DNA of 57,277 nucleotides, from contig NKIB01013446.1 of the NCBI GenBank assembly GCA_002256025.1, positions 1-57,277 on the forward strand. Reading direction: 5' to 3'. The notes beneath the pieces are model-generated. The model was not told where the DNA came from. It ran no database searches and worked only from the letters and a program-made list of their open reading frames with translations. Shown here in pieces: positions 1-11,959 of the stretch (within the stretch, counting starts at the first letter, position 1; each line of letters begins with the position of its first letter). Both the position numbers and the translations under genes were made by a program. Origin of the DNA: Asterionella formosa (Eukaryota).

Positions 1-973
1 GAAAAAATACATGCAGCACAATTCGAAACAGTCAAACAGGAAAGGCAAGACAACAAATCAGGTAAGACTTACGGTTCTGGTGTTGCGCTCAGAAGGGAAC
101 ATCAGGAAACAAGAAGGAAAGGAACAAATGTCTGCAATCATTGTGACCGCAATGATCATCAAAGGAAAAGCAGCGCACTCTGTCCATTCAATGTACCGGT
201 AGGCAAAGTGCCTGATCATACTGGTATGCTTATGATCAATGATGATCAGCTACCTACTGTGGATATTGTACCGGCCAACACCCAAGAAAATATTACATGT
301 GCATCCAGTATGGACAGCCTGCATTTGCAAGACCGTGCAAACCAGGCCAATCAATTGTCGGTAAGTAATTGAACTTGACCAATCAAAATATTAATAGTGA
401 AGCATGCACTTACAATGGAATTTTTTGTACAGGCGATTGTAGGACGAAAAATCGAATCACAAGACTCCTATTCCAATGATGACGTTTTGGCGATTAGTGA
501 TTCTGATTCCGACATTTTGGTGACCGTTGAAAAGGCCGATATTGTCGAATTTTTGGATGATGATAGCTCAACATTGGCAGGGTTTGAAGAAGAGTTAAGT
601 ACATAGGTAATCTGCATATAGCCCCAGAAGTTTACTTTCGGCGAGAAACTGCAGAAAGGAACTTCGGTTTTTTTACTAGGCCAAATAAACGAGTTGGCCT
701 GGTAAAATCCACTATTTTCAGCATAGTTTAAAAACCGAATTTCCTTTCTGCAGTTTCTCGCCAGATTCTATATCCTGACAATATACAGTGTTGACCCATA
801 CCCCTAATTTGTCAGAAGACTGTATCTAAGCCTATGGAAAGGGTGTATATTGGTGAAAGCTCCGTATAGCGATATACATTTACGTTTTTCTCGTAAGAAG
901 TGTGAGTTTGACTACTCTGACTCAATATTTGTTTTTAAACCCTACCTCGAGCTAGGGTTCAAATGCAGGAACC
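1..973 (+). mobile_element. 3' part of a DNA transposon (Kolobok-like, tentative): transposase C-terminal remnant plus long structured end finishing ...GCAGGAACC
   Basis: Frame 2 from base 2 reads EKIHAAQFETVKQERQDNKSGKTYGSGVAL...NVCNHCDRNDHQRKSSALCPFN (Cys/His knuckle). 720-973 recurs in reverse complement at 46589-46842, where it starts TTAA|GG. Family call is inference from the TTAA flank and GG..CC termini. Confidence 0.5.
640..762. repeat. Subterminal hairpin (about 33-bp arms)
   Basis: GGCGAGAAACTGCAGAAAGGAACTTCGGTTTTT (640-672) vs AAAAACCGAATTTCCTTTCTGCAGTTTCTCGCC (730-762); a degenerate copy lies at about 2370-2478. Confidence 0.9.
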
Positions 974-977
974 TGAA

Positions 978-2615
978 GTTCCTGCATTTGAATCCCTAGC
1001 TCGAACTCTGGTTAAAAACGTAATATTGATTCATAGTAATCAAACAGACACTTTTCACGAGTAAAACAAATTGTATAACTCTATGGGGAGCTTTCACCAT
1101 TTGGCACACTTTCCGCATGCTTTGATGCAGTCGTTGGTCAAAGTATGGTTACATCTCTGTACAGCCCCGAAGAAAATCGAGAGCATCCGGTTTGGCAAGA
1201 GCTTGGCTAAAATTTAGGGAGTCAGAGTTTGCAGGTGATGCCAAGAGTGTAAAAGGATGTATAAAGTTGATGGTGTTATCCAGATTGTCATAAATGCTCT
1301 CTAAAACTGGAGAGCAATTGCAGCACAGGTCATAGGAAGACTCGCTCAGGAAGGCGAAAAGACCAAGGGTGTGGCGAAGTGGAAGATTTTCAGCAACACG
1401 AGTAGACGGGTACCAGATGCAACCAAAACGGGAATTGGAAAGGGCAGAAAAGGAGGAGTTTCTGGAGGAGGGACAAGATGAACTCCTCCGGGAGGAGCAG
1501 TAAGCGCTCCCTCGGGAGGAGGAGCAGGAGTTCCCTTGTTGGGAAGAGCAGTAGGAGCTGCCATTCACACCTGACCCAACTCAATCCGTTCATTGTTTTC
1601 GTGGATGCTGATTTCGCTGGTTTCTGGAAAGTTGGTGACTTTCAAGATCCCATTTCAGTCCTGTCTTGCACTGACTTTGCCATTTCTTTGCTGGATGTCC
1701 AGTTATACTATGGCTTTCCAAGCTCCAAAATGAAGTGGCTATCTCCAACATGATATTCTTTTACTCGGTCTCCTTGCTGAACTACAGAAGGTCTTCACCT
1801 TCACTACCTCGCCCGCTGTCCTCTCTTGCTTGCTCTATTTTTGAAGACAACGCTGGTGCTCTTGCTTAAGCTCGTGACCACAAATCTCGCCCTTGTACTA
1901 AACATATTGGCCTGAAGTACCATCATTTCTGTTCGCGCATCACTTTGGGTCTAGTCAATCTTTTCCCTATTTCTACATTTGAGCAGGTTGCGGATATCTT
2001 CACTAAACCTTTACCTGTTGTTACCTATATCTATCTCTTGGAGAAATTAATGGGTTGGTAATCTTTTTCACCATTATTTCTCTTCGCTTTTCCTACATTA
2101 CCCTTTTCTGTTCTTTCACAAAGGAGTATGAGATTATCGATTTATGTCTGCCTTGGTGACATCATCTGTCATTGGTATATATTCTATTCTACAATTGCTC
2201 TCGTGATTCTGTCTTTCCATTTCTCTTTATTTTCAAATTCTATTTCAATTCTACTTTGTCAACCTCATTCAGATAGATTAATTGTCTTATAATTTCTAAA
2301 ACTTAGTCAACAAATAAACTGTTTAAACCAGAATATTAGCAGTATATAGTGAGGACATTGGATCTGGTGAGCAAGGAACTTCGGTTTTCCTACTATGCTG
2401 AAACGACTAGAAATTACTGGGCCAAATGGTTTATTTGGCATAGTAGAAAACCCAAGTTCCTTTCTTCAGTTTCTCGCTAGAAACTACTGATGCTAGTACT
2501 TGAATCTTACCTAGCTATGTGATTTTTTCAAACTCTGCCAATGTTGAGCAATCCTCATCCAAAAAGTTGACAAATCAGTATTTTCAAATATTGCCAAAAT
2601 ATTGGAATCAAAATC
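978..2615 (-). mobile_element. Second, inverted copy of the same transposon end, interrupted by a Copia fragment
   Basis: 978-~1155 mirrors ~790-973; after the insert, ~2340-2615 mirrors ~497-785 (e.g. CTCAACATTGGCAGGGTTTGAA vs TTCAAACTCTGCCAATGTTGAG). Confidence 0.75.
1155..2330 (+). mobile_element. Truncated, internally inverted Ty1/Copia fragment: integrase-RT linker and RT start on minus, RNase H on plus, PPT and probable 3' LTR
   Basis: Minus 1155-1570: PPPEGA linker and HPFTLLAS..NSDSLNFSQALAKPDA. Plus 1590-2060: FVDADFAG, FEDNAGAL, TKHIGLKYHHF, EQVADIFTKPL, KLMGW*. AAAGGAGTA then TG at 2129 marks the LTR start; the LTR end (2312 or 2330) is uncertain. Confidence 0.8.
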
Positions 2616-2649
2616 TGATGTGCCAATGGTTAGCTACACTACAGTAGGT

Positions 2650-2880
2650 GCTTTTATGTGACTGGACTCAGACCTCTTGTAATTTGGTATAAACGTGAGG
2701 GTGATGCACCAGTCCCAAGTAGCTACAAGGCAAAAGCTGCTTCAAAGGTACACCAAAACTTGCCAATGTGGGGACCAGATTCCACAAATGCACTTGCTGC
2801 AGAACAGCTTCCTGATCCTCAGCATGCTGCTGAAGATGCAGGTGATGCTGTAGCCAATGGGATCGCAATGATCTGACCAT
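2650..2880 (+). pseudogene. Possible C-terminal remnant of a DDE transposase
   Basis: LRPLVIWYKREGDAPVPS resembles C-termini of diatom pogo/Tc1-like transposases as I recall them; no catalytic motif is visible. Confidence 0.25.
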
Positions 2881-3473
2881 TGGACTTGAAAGTCACAGGA
2901 ATATCATGATGGTGGAAGATGCGGTGCATCATGAATAAATGTTTAATAAAAAGGTACAATGAAGTATAAGTGTGTGAACACATGACCGAATCCATCCTCG
3001 AAAATGTATTTAAATGTATGTACATTTATCAAGAAAAAAGTATATACCGGTACTCCCGTGACCCATTAAAATCACTTTTTGGCTGTTCACATTGCTTGCC
3101 TGCTTATTATTACTCCTACATACGTAGTACCACACAATACCAATGATGCAGATGCTACCGGTACCTGGTAGCTACCGGTACCTGGTACTATAGTTAGTAT
3201 ACTGCTCCCACATCATGCATAGTGTACGGGGTAAATAGATCGATGCATAAATTATTACAAGTTATAGATGATGAAACCACGTGAGAACACGAACCAACGA
3301 GGCGACAATGCCACTTGCAATCCCAATTGAAAGTCTTCCGTCTTGATATTCGAGAACGGAGCACACAGTTACAAGACTTGATAAATTATAACTGGCATTG
3401 CTTTCCTTTGGAAACGAGAGCCTCGTCACAAGCGTATTGCATCGACAAGCATACACGACAAGAGCAATTAAAC

Positions 3474-6400
3474 ATGTACACCAAGAATGGCGAAGAGGAT
3501 GATTCCGTCACAACACTTGGTGGCAATGATTCGAATGCATTGATTTGTAGCGATGAATCATCTCATGCGTCATCCGCCCAATTACTGGGACTTACGCCAT
3601 TGAAGGATCGTATGTCACCGGAATCATTTATTTCCCCCGCCACGCATACACTCAACATTTTGTCGCAGCAAGATACCAATAACTTACGTTACGATTTCAG
3701 TCAAATGGAGAATGATGCAGCAACTCTGTACTCTCAGAGGTCCCCGAATTCTCCTGATGATGTTTCAAAATCAAGAACAGCTTCTATCAACAACAACTAC
3801 CAATCGCCCGTAGAAGTTGGTAATGGTACTCCGAACAAGGAAGGGTCTCGGCGTTGTGGCAGCATCCAGAATGTGACGATCTCACCGAAACCATCAGTTT
3901 TAGCCAATGATTTGGCTGAATTTGAGAAGAAAGCAGCGCTTTCAATGCTTTATACTCACAGAAATTCAGGTGGTCGCAGGGCAGCCGTCGTAGTCCAGGC
4001 CAAGAATGTTTTTCTCCTCGATGCAGCCACACCTGTTTCTGCAGTGGTATCAGGATTGCCCATCAAGTCTTACACAACAGAGAAAGTGTCAAGGAATACA
4101 GAGAAATCCACTACGATGGTCAATGACATGCATTCATACGCTCTCAAACTTCTTGACAAACTCCATGTGCATACCATTGTATTTCCAGAAACGGGAACTT
4201 TGGGTATGTCGATCCAACGCTGGGACTATGGCGGTCTAGAGCTATGCAAAGTCACAAACGTTCATAAAGGGACACAAGCTCATGGGAAGGTAGAGGAAGG
4301 AGATCTAATATGCAACGCATTCTCATGGGACAGTAACAAAAATTGGTTGAGTTTCCTGCAAACGTTGGAACTGATTCGTGCAAGGAAAAGACCGTTGTTC
4401 TTGTGCGTAGCAAGAAGGCAAGATGAAACAACGAATTCCACTGCTGCTAGTTGCTCGCCAGAGACATCCCTGAAGGATAATTCTAGACTCGACGCATTGA
4501 CGCAAGCAGCTGCAGAAGCATATTCTTCCTCCAAGTTCCATACATCGTCCACGATGACTGATGAATCTTACGCCGATGAAGGGGTTACATCAAGCGACAT
4601 CAACGTGCCTGACATGAAGGCAGCTGCAAAATGCTCCTTAAAAACGATTGATAATGATGTTGCAGTATCAACCGCTTCGGCCTTGAAAGTTGTGGTCGGT
4701 TTGACGCCATTAAACTCCTTGTCTGAGACAGTATTTAGTTGCTTCGATTGTAAGAGCAATGGTCATTCACTTCACGAATGTCCGAATTCTAGATGGCAAG
4801 AATCCCTCTTTTGCCAAGCTTGCAACGATGGCACAGTTGACCACCAAAATCTCTGTCAGAATCATGCTCAATATGACAGCGACATTTGCAAGAGCCAATG
4901 GCAAAAAATCAACGATGGTGTACGTTTGGACTGCAAAGTGTGTAAATTTGAATTGAAGCATGGATGGCGCTCTAGTAGCGGGAGGTATAAGCACAAGTGC
5001 CATCGCGCTAAAGGTGCTGATAAGAAATCTCCAACAGAAAAAAAGGCTACATGTAGTTCAAGGCCGACGATGTCTACAATCCCAATGAGGGAGAAAGGGG
5101 AAGCGAAAACAACAATGTCAAGTGAACCAACTAAGGCGGGGAAGAATAGGAACGAGAACAATATTTCTATAATCCAAACGAGGGCGATTAGAGAGGCGAA
5201 GTCGGACGTGGAAAGCCAACCGAAAGAAAAGGAGACAAGGAAAGGGACGATTATTTCTTCTTTAGCCCAAGAGAGAGCGACTAAGGAGGCGAATGAGGCC
5301 ATGAAATGCAAACCGACAGAAAAGAAAGAGACTTGGAAAGGGGAGAAGCTTTCCATAGTCCAGGAGACATTGATTTCGGAGGCGCAGGCGATCATTACAC
5401 GAAGGCTTCCAAGAGGAAAGACTTCTAGGAAAAGGACGAAATTCACTCAAATCCGAACAAGAGCAATTGGATCGACCATGTCCTGCAAACCAATGAAAAC
5501 TAGGAACGAAACCATGTCGATAATACAAACGAGGCCAATTGAGGAGCCGAATACGGCCGTCATTCCTTGCGACTCAATTGAAACGAAGAATATAAATACG
5601 AGAGGGATGTCTATATTCCAAACACAGGCGATTGGTGATGCGAATGCGACCATGAAAGGCGAACGGACTAGGAAGTCGATCGTGGCGGACCCTGGCAAGA
5701 CAACGACCGGAAACGATAACTCAATCAAAACAAGAACAACCATTCTCCAATTGGAAAGTCCAGTGGAATTAGAAGAGCCGAATATTGGTGCTGTGATTGA
5801 TAGGTCTATGAGCCAAACGGCTTCGATCGTAAAGGCAACGAGGGAATCAACAAGGAAATCGGCTACTCAAGATGTAGCTGGACAAATTCTGCGTGTTGAC
5901 GAATCCATCAATGTAAAGGACATCGAAGTGCAATTCTGTTTTGCGTGTAAAAAGAAGTCTAAGTATCACAATGCACTATGCCCACAGCATCCTCACTTTG
6001 AGACATCCGGTGCAGCCGAAAAACTCGAGCTGGTTCGGCGAGGGGTGAATCTTGCTTGCCAAGCTTGTGTCTTTCATTTTAATAATGGCTATCCTGACAA
6101 AAGTAGAGAGCACTCCACTTGCTGTGATTGCAACCTTGGGAAGACAAGCGACAATTCCAAAGATTCTACTTTGACTGTAAAAGAAACCAAAACATGCAGT
6201 ACAGCAGCCAATGATTCTCAAGTAACCAACAAAGGCAAGAAGCGTCCTCTGACAGCCAGTGAACGATTTGGGGATATAGAAAAGTTGCCTGACGGCTCGT
6301 TTCTATCCAGCAGGGGGCGCAAGGTGACGATGTCGCAAAAGGGAAAAGCCGTCAATTTCGAATTTCATGATCACTGCAGCCAAGATAGCGAGAGTTCGGC

Positions 6401-8226
6401 TTACAAACCCGGGAAAGAGGACAGCCAACGTATCAGCAGAAATAAAATACCGGCAGACAACGACGAAGTCGCAATTCCAGCGTTTCCAGTAAGCAGCATC
6501 ATAATCAAGCCAAGGTGGAAGAAATCTACGAATCCTTGGGGAATGTCGGAGCACCGAGAGGGCGACGTCGTCCTTGCCCTTCCTATTGATGGATTCACTT
6601 CCCACGAAGTTGCGTTTTCTGGAAAGCGGTTTGTCGAGAAGCCGTTTACTCCAGACTCCCCATACAAAGATACTCATGTCTCGCCAGAACAGGGCGTGCA
6701 ATTGCTTCAGCTTACTCGTGATCCCCTTGGTTTGACGCCATGGGGCTTCACATTTGCTTCGCATGTGTTCGGAGGCGCTTGCCTGGTAACAAATGTCGAT
6801 TCACTGTCGCCGGCCTCAACAGCAATTATACATGGTAGTACCACAAATTCTGCGTTGCACGTTCACGACATGGTATTATCTGTCAATGGAAGAAATATTG
6901 GAGGCATGACTGAGTTGGGTCTCGAAGTTGAGTTAGAAATCAGTGGCCCGATCGTCCAAGTAGCAGTTTCAAGATATAGATTTGCCACCAGCTACCGACA
7001 AGATGCCGAAGAAAAGGAAGAAGCTGAATTACAAGTGCTGGAAGAGATGCTCGGAGACAAAACAGAACTGGGGTGGCATGAAGTAGCTCTGACAGACTTC
7101 CCTCACGATGATTGTGTGCCCAAGTTGCTGTTGTCACCAAAGAAAATGATTGAAACTCAGGCTTGTGCAAGCTTAGAAACCAGAACCGAGCACATTGTTC
7201 CAAAAGGAGATTGTAACACCGATACTGATCGATCAACTAGTTTCATGATTGGAGCGGATAATATTACGAACAAACAGCCTAGATGGATCGAACGTGATTC
7301 GAAGTACAGATGTGCAAAGCACCCCTCACCTCACAAGGACCGACTAACGACTAGAGTCGCGACAATGACATGTGTTCGTGGAACTGTCGTTCCGGGTGAG
7401 AACGGAATAATTTATTCTCTCTATGGCGCTCCACACAATGATCATGGTAGCGAAACGGATTGTTCAGAGACTCTTGTTCGAAATGAGGAGCATCGTGAAG
7501 CTATAATTGATGTCGAATGCGAAAGCGTTAATGAATACGACGACGACGACAATCCTTGGTCTGGCTGCGTCTGCGGGGAAATTCACGAGCCACCGATCCC
7601 AGTTTTCTGGATTCAATGTGATCAGTGCGATGCCTGGTTCAATGTCTGGGAGAGATGCACCGGGTTGTCCGAGGAAAACGCCTCCCTACTTTCTGAGTTC
7701 AAATGCTGGAGCTGTCATCCTCCTGACATGCAATCTGTCGATGAGGGGAGTGGATATTCTTTGGCAGATACCAAAAATCGCGTGACAGAGGAAGGCGATA
7801 TCGAGAATGGCAGTGAAATGAAAACTGGTGACAACCGTGTCGTTCAAGGAACGCCACACGATGACAAACACTCTCATTGTCCATCACGTGGTTCTAGTCG
7901 GAATGGATTTCAAGGAGTTTGCATCGACGATCCAAAGTGTGATCCGCCAACTTTACTTTCATCATCCGAGCAACCGAAAAGGAAAAGAAATACAAGGATC
8001 GAAGTTGGAACTTTGGTGCAAGTAACAGAACGGAGGTCGCCTGGAATTAATGAATTAGGTGGTGTTGGACGTATCACGGATTCTCACGTGGAAGGTGGAC
8101 ATACATTGTATGACAATAAAATACATGATAGGGAATCACCGAGAATACGGAATTGATTCTGAATGGGTCAAGCTCCATGTCGGGTTTGAGAAGTCCCGTC
8201 GAAGTCTCACCCAAACCTCCCATTGA
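3474..8226 (+). CDS. Large multidomain protein: two PDZ-like domains, duplicated Cys/His Zn-binding module, PHD finger, C-terminal Tudor-like domain; one frameshift at about 8115
   Basis: ORF 3315-8156 with first ATG at 3474. PDZ-like: FPETGTLGMSI..VEEGDLI and TPWGFTF..LHVHDMVLSVNGR. PHD: GCVCG..WIQCDQCDAWFN..C..FKCWSC. Removing one A at 8115 continues the protein as YDIKYMIGNHREYGIDSEWV to TGA at 8224-8226. Confidence 0.85.
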
Positions 8227-8571
8227 GGCCGTTGCTAACTGTTGACCCAAACGAAAACCCAAAAACTAATTTTTGGATTGGTTTTGGTCAACTGACGCAA
8301 AAATGATGCTATCGGTTTTTGGGAAATCCTAAATGCTGTCAACCACCCATCTACTGTGACGTAGGATGACAAAACCATTATAAAAAAAGTAAAATATCTC
8401 TATTAGACTACTACTTTTATAAATGAAATATTAGAATTCCTATTTGGGAATTAGTTAGTTTTTCCCGCAATTTGAGCTGTCTTGTCATCAAACTACACAC
8501 CATTTTGTATATATAATATAGAGTCGTTAACATATACTCCAAGTACATATTACCAGGTACACAACAACAAC

Positions 8572-10018
8572 ATGAACATAACAACATCTGTCGATCACCA
8601 CTCAGAATCCTCGATCATGGCGCCAGCACCCCTTCCAGCCAAGATAGCTCTTTCTCCCTCTGCATGGCAAAAGGAGTTGCAACAAACTGCTGCTGTTGCT
8701 GTTCTGGACAAGGTATCAGGAGGGCCAACAATGACGATCAAAAATCTTCAGAATAAAATATATCTACTTTATCATGGCGATCCATCCATGAAAGGAAGCA
8801 TTGGATATTTAGAGCATCTGCTGACGAGGGGAACGGGTCAATTCGAAAACCTTTGGAGTAGTGGAGAGGAGCTGAATACCAACCTCCCAGGAAATGCAGA
8901 TCGCGTTTCTGCCTTTGATTTGGTCTTAAAAGATTGCTGTTACCTTGATTATCAAAACAGATATGTTGTTGGCTCCCAATTCACTACAAGCAAGATCTCT
9001 TTCAGGCACTTGAATGAAAAATATGTCCACTTTAATTACTGGTCGAACTCTTTTGAAGATGGCTCAGCATGCCCTGCTGAACTAGAAGAAGGCATTAGCA
9101 TTTGGTTCGCAATTTTTGCTCTCTGACGGGACTTAGCTCGCCTTCTGGGAACAATGTTGAAGACTATGAAAACCATGTATTAAGCCATATGTTTCGACAT
9201 CTGAAGGGTCGAACCAGCTACAGCGACCCAGCTAATGATGATGAGGAGGAAATCATGGTTGCTGCTGTGGCATTGAATGATGATGTTGGGATGCCTATGG
9301 ATTATTATATTCATGGCTGGATTGGATTCAAATTGTTTGGACCATTTGCTAGAGATGAGTTCAAGTCTATTCTCTTGCTAACAAAGGATTGTGTCTTGAT
9401 AATGGCAAGAAAGAATCAGCAGGCTGTGCATCAGCTAGAAAATTGGTTGCAGAGGAACGAAGTTTCAGTCGTTCTTCTTATATGTCAATTGATTGCTCCA
9501 TTGGAAGCAGAGGCCAGCTGAAAGTCGAGGACACATCAGTAGCTAGAAGCAGCAAAACTGGCTTTATCAGAAGATTTGATTAACAATTCAATTGGGGGAA
9601 ATGCATTGTCTGGTCTGAGTCAATCTGCTGCATGCACTCATGATTGGATGAAAGGTCTTCTGCAACAACAGGCTAGATACCCATTGGAACATATAATGTT
9701 TGCAAAAGCAAATCCAAACCAAGCTTGATAGTATGTTAGATGGAAAACTGGAATCTATTACAAATCAGATTGACAGTCTCCTGTCTTCTCAGAGAACCAG
9801 AAAACGTGAAAACATTGTTATGAGCATTACTCAAAGAAGAGTAGATTCATGTCATCATCAAGTCCATTGTCAGATGATACTCCCGGCTCAAGCCCCTTCT
9901 CACCTGTGAATGACTTGGGTATATTAAGTATGACTTCTAAAAATCAGCAGCTAGGTGACATTATCTCTCCTGTTGCAAGGCAAGATCCAAGTGGCAATTT
10001 GGATGACTTCGTCTATGA
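8572..10018 (+). pseudogene. Frameshifted ORF, probably the Harbinger accessory (DNA-binding) gene
   Basis: Consecutive ORF pieces 8482-9126, 9102-9521, 9389-9583, 9700-9909, convergent on the transposase. No Myb/SANT motif recognised. Confidence 0.45.
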
Positions 10019-10056
10019 ATGAAAAATGCGTTAGGCCTTACACTTTTGCTTAATTG

Positions 10057-10553
10057 TCAACTACCCAAAATTATCGCAGTATGCGTACCATTTAAAAGTT
10101 TCACTAAATAAATTGTTGTCTTTCTGATGTAATTTAAATCTGGAGGAAAGTGAGTCTTCCATAAAATCATCGCTGGTCCTATATGATTCCGAAATTTCTT
10201 TGAAGTTCCAAATGATGTTTTGTTAAACAAGCCAGACTTGAGGACCTGGCTGAATTTGTTGAGAACAAAATCCAGGACACTGTCATCTAGTCTCTCCTTG
10301 CCTTTGTCATCATGATCAAAGTATCTAACCAGGCAGTAAGAGTCGTTCCTCACTCTTTCGTTGTCTCTTGAACAGACATGAAATACGCCATAGAAACACG
10401 TTTTTCCTGATTGAACAATCTGCATTCGGTATCCCCTTCACAACCAATATCGTTCCATTCCTTGTAGCACTCGGAAAATTTGCCATTCCAGATAACAAGC
10501 GATATATTGCACTATCGATAGCGTGCGAATGTCAAGAGAAACGTGTTCTGTAA
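10057..10553 (-). pseudogene. Decayed ORF of unknown function, with a second copy at about 45765-46065
   Basis: 122-aa ORF extends upstream through one TGA (..YIACYLEWQIFRVLQGMERYWL*RGYRMQIVQ). 10125-10430 clearly aligns with 45765-46065. Confidence 0.45.
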
Positions 10554-10660
10554 CAGAAGGAAGTAGAAAGGGATAATGGTCTGTCAACAAAGGATTAGAC
10601 AGTGGGCGACTGCTGGATCGGTAAGCAGTGTCATACCGACATACTCAGTAATAGACATTA

Positions 10661-11210
10661 GATTGGTAGGGCAAGCCTACAGTTTCACAGTACCAGTGAA
10701 GAAATAGGTATAGTTTCACAGTTGCCACGTCATGTTCCGACAGGGTATTGAAACAAGGGGAAGACAGGAATGCTGGTAGGGCAAACTTACAGTTTCACAG
10801 TACTAACGTAGTAATAGATATAGTTTCATAGTAGCCACATCATGTTCTGACCGGGTATTGAAACAAGGGGAAGACAGGGATGCTGGTAGGGCAATCCTAC
10901 AGTTTCACAGTACTAATGTAGTAATAGGTATTGTTTCACAGTAGCCATGTCATGTTCCGACAGGGTATTGAAACAAGGGGAAGACAGGAATGCTGGTAGG
11001 GCAAACTTACGGTTTCACAGTACTAACGTAGTAATAGGTATAGTTTCACAGTACCCACGTCATGTTCCGACCGGGTATTGACACAAGGGGAAGACAGGAA
11101 TGCTGGTAGGGCAATCTTACAGTTTCACAGTACTACCGTAGTAATAGGTATGGTTTTACAGTAGCCTCATGTTCCGACTGGGTATTGAAACAAGGGGATG
11201 ACGGGAATGC
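10661..11210. repeat. Tandem repeat, 5 units of 110 bp
   Basis: TGCTGGTAGG recurs at 10771, 10881, 10991 and 11101 (variant at 10661); each unit carries two AGTTTCACAGT sub-repeats. Confidence 0.95.
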
Positions 11211-11305
11211 GGAAAATTTATTCACAGATGTTGGTGCCCAGTAATCTAATTTAGTTTATGCTCATACTACTTTTCTTTTAGTTTCTAAATTGATAATTGT
11301 ATGGT

Positions 11306-11959
11306 TTAGGGATGATCATTTACATCACAACGTGATGGCCAAACAATCTTGTTTTGTTTCCATAAAATATCAAAATGTTCAATGAGTTTACTCTTGAAGA
11401 ACTGTAAACTTAAATGCCAGACCACTCGAACTGTATCAACATTCTTTGTTAGCACTTCAATATTGAAGTTGTCATTTGGACCCGGCACTAAATTGCGAAT
11501 GGCATCAGGAATTTGTCCATCACCATCATTACCAAAACCCATTCCAGAGGTATCAATTGTTCGCAAGTTGGCTTATCCAAGTACCACCGGTCTTGCAACT
11601 GAATTTAGCCTTTGAATAGCAAAAGGTGCTTCAGCTCCATTTCATTGGCCTAATGGTCCTTCCCAGTCACTTAAAACACCATTTTGCCATTGCAGGTCTA
11701 AGCCATCAATATAAAGTAACATGTAATGAAATTCGCAACATGTTAGCCAGACCTTGTCAGGTTCTGTTACTCCATGTATTCGGATGCCTGATTTTAAAAT
11801 CCGCCAGCATCCCTTTAGTATTCCAAAGGTACATTCCACATCTTTTCTAAGTGACTCCAGCCATTCAGACCATCTAAGTTCTTGTTCAGTTTCTGGGTTT
11901 GGAGGACCCATATTCCCCATACTAGCATCATCCTTGTATCCTTGATTAATGCAAAGCAT
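11306..11959 (-). pseudogene. PIF/Harbinger transposase C-terminal fragment (DDE_Tnp_4/Plant_tran-like)
   Basis: WSEWLESLRKDVECTFGILKGCWRILK..WLTCC..; downstream KLIEHFDILW. Confidence 0.85.

Noticed and set aside
3315..3473. N-terminal extension of the 1613-aa ORF (likewise 16353-16406 for the ABC ATPase)
   Set aside because: These rely on non-ATG starts from the ORF caller; the first ATGs are at 3474 and 16352.
4280..7887. Antisense and alternate-frame ORFs overlapping the large gene
   Set aside because: Expected shadows of a long coding sequence, with no independent features.
10661..11210. CRISPR-like array
   Set aside because: Whole 110-bp units are near-identical with no unique spacers; eukaryotic context and no cas genes.
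10661..11210. Repeated exon plus 35-nt intron unit on the minus strand encoding a 25-aa repeat
   Set aside because: The GT..CAG segment would be far shorter than the 93-nt intron seen in this window, and there is no transcript evidence.
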